Shown: positions 58,652 to 64,000 of the stretch, one piece after another
Position numbering within the stretch: the first letter of the stretch is position 1
How the letters are laid out: each line of letters begins with the position of its first letter
NCBI GenBank assembly: GCA_040954595.2
Contig: CM082587.2
Span: 2,075,000 to 2,138,999, forward strand
Direction: 5' to 3'
Length of the DNA: 64,000 bases
DNA from: Balanoglossus misakiensis
Lineage: Eukaryota; Animalia; Hemichordata
The notes under the pieces: model-generated
Told to the model about the DNA's origin: nothing
Seen by the model: the letters and a program-made list of their open reading frames with translations, nothing else
The model's database searches: none
Position numbers and translations under genes: made by a program

Positions 58652-61600
58652 AAAGTCTGTGAACAAATCTTTACTTTGTCCCTGTCTTCCATTATGCCAC
58701 CCGCACCCCAAACTCTAGTTTCGATTGATAAAGGGCATATTGTGTACTGGTACTCTCAAAATGGCTATTAGTTATGAGTGATGAAAGATCTTTTGGTCCA
58801 GTTAAAAAACCTCAGTGTGACGATAATTGCACAATTAATCTACATTGCTTGGAAAAAAAATGATTTTTGCAGTGATAGTTTTAAAACAAGCCAAACATTG
58901 AGTGTAGAGCTCTAGAGAGCTCCGTGTATATTTATATATATTTTTGGTGATAAAATGACAGATTTGACTTACCTCATCAAAAATTGTGCCATAGCCCTCG
59001 TTTAACGTAGACATTGATGTGTAAGGATAGAAAACGTAAATTAAACCAGTCAGTTTTGTGTCATTAATTGTATATGTACTTTGATGGTCATGTGATCTAC
59101 AAAATGTTTTTTTCTTCTGAAAATGAAATTGTGAGATATGTGTTAATGTTGTCAGAAGTTCAATTTTCTGATGATTGTTGTATAAAAGAAAAACTTAACA
59201 TGGTCAAATCTTCAGTAAATTAATTTTTCTGTGACATGAAAAGGTGTTTTTTCTGGGTTTAACCCTGTCGTTCTTGACATGAAAGAAAGATAAAGATGTG
59301 CTGGAGTAGTTTTGAACTTTTTTGTGGTATATTCGTAACCAAAAGTAATTTTGCCGTCGTGACAAATGGAAAAGTGTTCTCTAATTTCTCAAGTTGACCG
59401 GTTTTAGAAGATCAGTCTCAAGTTTCATTTTTCCCCCTGTTTTATTCAATCCCATAACCATGTAGCCAGTTATGTGGATTCAACCAATTGAGACTTGTAC
59501 TATCAACGCGATTTTTCACTCCCCACTTTGTGAAGTGAATTGACCCAAAACAATGAAAACAGAAGGTTTGCCTCATTTTTTCACACAAAACAGGGGTGTT
59601 ATCATAGACAGTGGTAATCTTGAAAACTGGTAACTCCTCATCCAAAGACTTGTACTTTTCTTGGTGATAATATATGTATGAATCAGAGAATTTTATTGAT
59701 TCACTGAATATAGTGAAATTCCTAGATTGTACAAGGCTCGCATTGTACAAAGAGCTCCCAAGTATAAGATTTTTTTTTTCCTGCAAGAAAACCAAAATAT
59801 TTACCACAAGTCAAGTGTAACACTGTTAATAGGTTTAGCATTTTCTCCCTTCAAGTCATCTGTGTATCTTGTCTATGGCCAATTATTACAGTATACAATT
59901 CAGCAGGCAGAAGAAAAATATGAAACATTCATTCTGTGGAATTTTAGGGTTTTTCCCCCAAAAATCTCAGATTTTAAAACTCGCGAACGGGCTGGAATAT
60001 ATATATGAATTATCGTGTAATCTGATTAGTTATTTAAAAGTTAGGGATGTGAAAGAAACATTGAGTGTTTTACTCTTAATTTGATATTTTATCCCTTTGT
60101 ACTTGGATTAATTATTTATATCAGTCGCCACACATTTTCCGTTTTAGATTGTAACTTAAATTGGGAGAAAAAAATGTCTTTTGGTTTCAATATGATGCTT
60201 GTCTCACAAATTACCATCAATGAATTTGCCCACTTTGCATAGAAATACTGTCCCAATGGAGTTTTTGTCCACATTTTTGTTTTTATAGTTGAACTTGTAT
60301 AGTATTCCGAGATTTTGTATCCCGTGACCCCTGACCTTTGCAACAGCTAGCAACATCATTGTCTGTAAAAATATTACAAAAGTATGATATTCAAAATAAA
60401 TAAAAATGTAATTTATGTTTATGCTTGAAATGTTAGTTTGGTAGTGTCTTGAGTGTGGCACTTTCATATAGAGGAGCATGTGTGTGTGTGTGCAAACATG
60501 AACTTGTGCATGCAGTCCGAGCATGTGGGCAGTACAGCGCCCCCAGACAACATTTTGTTATAAACTTTTAGTAAGTTAGTAACAGTGTCCAGCAGTTCTC
60601 ATTAATTTTCATAGAGGGCTGTGTTGTTTGAGCTGAGAGTCATTTCTTACATACTCTCCCTCCCACTCTTCAAACACACAGCATTGCTAGCCTTCTGCTG
60701 CACCAATCATTCATTCCAAGACAAACCATGAAAAGATGCAGTCTCTTTATTTCAATATATACACAACCTAAGTGAGATAATACACGTTCGGGTATCAAAA
60801 TATCTTACAGAGTCTATGTCCTTCAATCAAGATCTATTTTCATGATCGTTGTGCAAAAAACAGGTTAAAACAGATGCAAGTTTGATGATATGAGCCGAGA
60901 CCATTGATAGGTTACTGCCCTTAAAGTCAAACATACATACATACACACACACAAACATATATAGTAAATACTTATAAAATTTATGGACGGAATGTGAAAG
61001 TTAATCATTTTTCTTGAAGCCAAATGCTTTGACTTTGTTGGTCATAAACTTCAATAGCAAACAGTTACTGTGGAAATCATCTGCTTTGCATGCAGCCTAT
61101 GTGTTGACTGGATGATGGGTGCTTGTCTGTGTCACAGCTTGGTATCTGTTCTATCGCTTTTATATCTCGTGTCTTGTAGCATTGGCAGTGGAAATCACAC
61201 ACAATGTGATATTTACAGCTGAAATGGAGAGAAAAAAATACACACAGGGGAACAAAACCCCCACACCAAATGGAAAACTGTACAATGTGTCAAAATCTGC
61301 CTGTATCAATTCTGTTCAAATGGCCACATTTATCGTCTCGCTGCTTGCTGGGATGCATCCAGGTTTGCTTCCCGCTCTCACCCCTGCATTGCCACACAAT
61401 GGGATAGCCCACTGAGTACCAAGCGGAGGACTGATCCAATTTTACTGGTGAAATAGGTAGAAGGTTGCTTGTACATAAAATGTTCATGAAAAATCATTTT
61501 GGATTTGTTAAGGCTGCTGCGATTTGGAAGCAGTGAAGACAGAATACAGCAAATCTTTCCTCTGTTAATACTGATCATAAATGTGGGAATCATCAAGCAT

Positions 61601-63081
61601 TCCAGTGTGCTTTCATTTTATCTTTGAATACTATCTTTTGGTTAGGGACGGCGTGTGAGGTGACAATACTTTGTCAAGCGCAAGTTTCTTGCAATAATAC
61701 TAATTTTTTTCTTCAGTCACGTTTTTGCCAACTTCAGAAATTTCAAATCTTCCACACAATATGCTTGAAGCTCACAAAAACAGAAAAGCTGCGTAAGTAA
61801 TACTGGCATTTTCTAAAGCACACACAAGTAAATATAATATATAAGAATTTGAAAATTCTTTAAATACAGAGATGCATATTTCTCACACAGTGTGTAAATA
61901 TTGGAAATGGGCTAAATTAAGCTCTTTGGTTCAAAATGTGGTGCATTTCTGCCAAAATTAAAGCAAAACAAAAATAGTAAATTTCAGTCATAATTTCAAT
62001 CAAATCACTAGTACCATAATCTACATGTATTATTGTATATACAATGTCAAATAACGCTATATTAGTAAAATCTGTCATTAAATTTGTGCATTTCATCTAA
62101 GGGGCATATACAAGTGATGGTGATCAGGGATAGTTTGTCCTTTTCACCCCTGCATTGTACTGGTTTCACCCTGATGTTCCCATGGATACAGCCAGACCTG
62201 TATCCATTCGGCTGGGACCCTGCAGCAGAGCTTGATCCGAACATGTGCACTACCAAAAGGGTCATTCCCAGACTTAGGGTGGGAAAAGGTCAAACAAAAC
62301 CCGGTCCATCACTTCAGACCTGGCCATGCAGGTCAGTTACCTGCCAAGACACTGCAGCTCAGAATAGCTTAGCTTCAACAAACTTTCGTTTCAGGATCTA
62401 AGATCCTTTGTAACAATTCTTCATTTTATGCACATGCAGTGCTTACAAACTACAAATATTTGTACTCCATGAACTTCAGCTATGCAAAACTATTTCAAAC
62501 CGGACGTAAATGTGCACCATCACTGGTTCTTTGCAAGCCGACTACTAGTATTTACACGGCTGCCACACTCAACCATTGTGTCCCCTGCTTTTCTGAATAA
62601 TGGAACAGTCCACATTGTACAGACAATAGGAATGCGACATTATCCAGACAAGATGGGGATGGACAGCACACTGGTGGAGGTGTCAAAGCTAGATCAGGTT
62701 GCCACTGTAGCTGCTGCTGGATATGTGTTAGAGATCTTGGATCTACTTCATTCTTTTTCTTTCCAGCTTAAAATCTATAAAAAAAATCTTTCATTCATGA
62801 TAAAAACATCACAACTTGCATAGGTAAAAGTGATTCATTTTTACTGAAGTGGTTCACTTCGGTCACTGCATATTTACAAAGTTTTTGAATTTACATCTGA
62901 TAGTTGACAGTGCGTGAGGTGGGACATCAGTGTACAACAGCTTCATGAAAAAATTCACACTTTTAACAAAATAGTGAATTTGCAGAAAAAAACTCGATTT
63001 TTGAAGCGTCACTCTTTTTTTCCTTCAGCTTCTGCTTCCACTCTGAACTCTTTTTTTTTTCGTAAGACAGGATGTAAATAT

Positions 63082-64000
63082 CTAGGCACTACCCATCACC
63101 CAACGATGGTTAGCACGGCGACGACGCAGTCGCACTATGGCCGCATCCACTGAAGCCGCTCCGTGTTTGTCCCGGATGTCATTCTCTAGTCTCATGCGAG
63201 CTAACTGCAACATGCCAATGTTACGACTTGTAGCGAGCAGAGACGCATCGAGACCTGCCGCACCCTGCAGAAAAAAATGGAGAAAGACATTCATTGAGCA
63301 TTCACTGTATTGTTGAGAAGTGTGTTGCCCCCTTTATTGAACATATATTCACAGGGAAAAAATTATTTGTCATATCTTCTCAACTTGAATATATTTCCAA
63401 CTGTGTGAAGTTTTACTCACCTTAATGATATCCTGTGCTTCTGGTAGATTGGTTCCTGGGTGGCGTTGATACACACGGATGTGAGGACGGGTCAGTTTCT
63501 CTCGTGTCATCAGATCGGCTTGCGACTCTGGGCCCAGGGTGCAACCCTTGGCCTTTTCAGTTGCATCAAACCATCGCTGTGCTCTGTGAACAGCAGCGCG
63601 AGTCTCGCCAGACTGTACTTGCAAATGTTGCTGTAAAAAGAAGAAATTTTATTTCAGTTGTATCCAGTGTTTCCCATGGGAATTTCTGGTGCACTTTGGC
63701 CAATTTACTTAATGCCTTTCACTGTTACCACTGAGACATTTCAGAAATGTCACTTACTTTGAGCGCAGTTGTTTCAGCCAGTTTCTGAACGATTCCATCA
63801 TTGACAGCTTTGTGCGAGGCCCTCTGCATTTGTTCAGTTCTTTCAATGGTGTCGTCCACTTCTCTTCTCAGGGTTGCCGACTTATTACGAGCCTCGCGAG
63901 CCTGTGCCATGGCTGCTGCTGCTTCGGGCGTGAACGGTCCGAGTGGATCAAGTAGAGGTGATGCTGATCGCTGATCATGATCTTCTGTGCCTTGGGCGGG
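63082..64000 (-). CDS. CCDC105: Tektin-like coiled-coil protein CCDC105/TEKTL1, last three coding exons (gene continues past the window end)
   Basis: Exons 64000-63758 (partial), 63630-63421, 63264-63082, all phase 0. DPLGPFTPE, TREKLTRPHIRVYQRHPGTNLPEA and VDAAIVRLRRR resemble recalled human CCDC105 motifs ([32 protein letters not shown]). Confidence 0.8.

Overview
This is eukaryotic (invertebrate metazoan) genomic DNA: compact, intron-rich and gene-dense. I see no prokaryotic features, CRISPR arrays, rRNA or tRNA genes. Fifteen protein-coding genes can be built by hand with consistent splice phases. In order they are RABL6 (3' end), a TRAF2-like gene, an Rv2258c-like SAM methyltransferase, PTGES2, RPL35, ARPC5 (with an AT-AC U12 intron), SAPCD2, BBLN/C9orf16, DDX39/UAP56, two tandem NB-ARC-like STAND-TPR genes, an SLC31A copper transporter, ASPM, RAB14 and CCDC105/TEKTL1 (3' part). 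From recalled human map positions, all 12 genes with clear human orthologues fall in the MHC paralogons (9q32-34, 6p21, 1q25-31, 19p13), so the window looks like a piece of the ancestral proto-MHC linkage group. The best candidate for an undescribed system is the tandem pair of NLR-like STAND-TPR receptors. They have no effector domain, carry NF-kB-type promoter sites and show a mosaic, gene-conversion-like divergence pattern. Gene names come from recognising the protein sequences, not from database searches.
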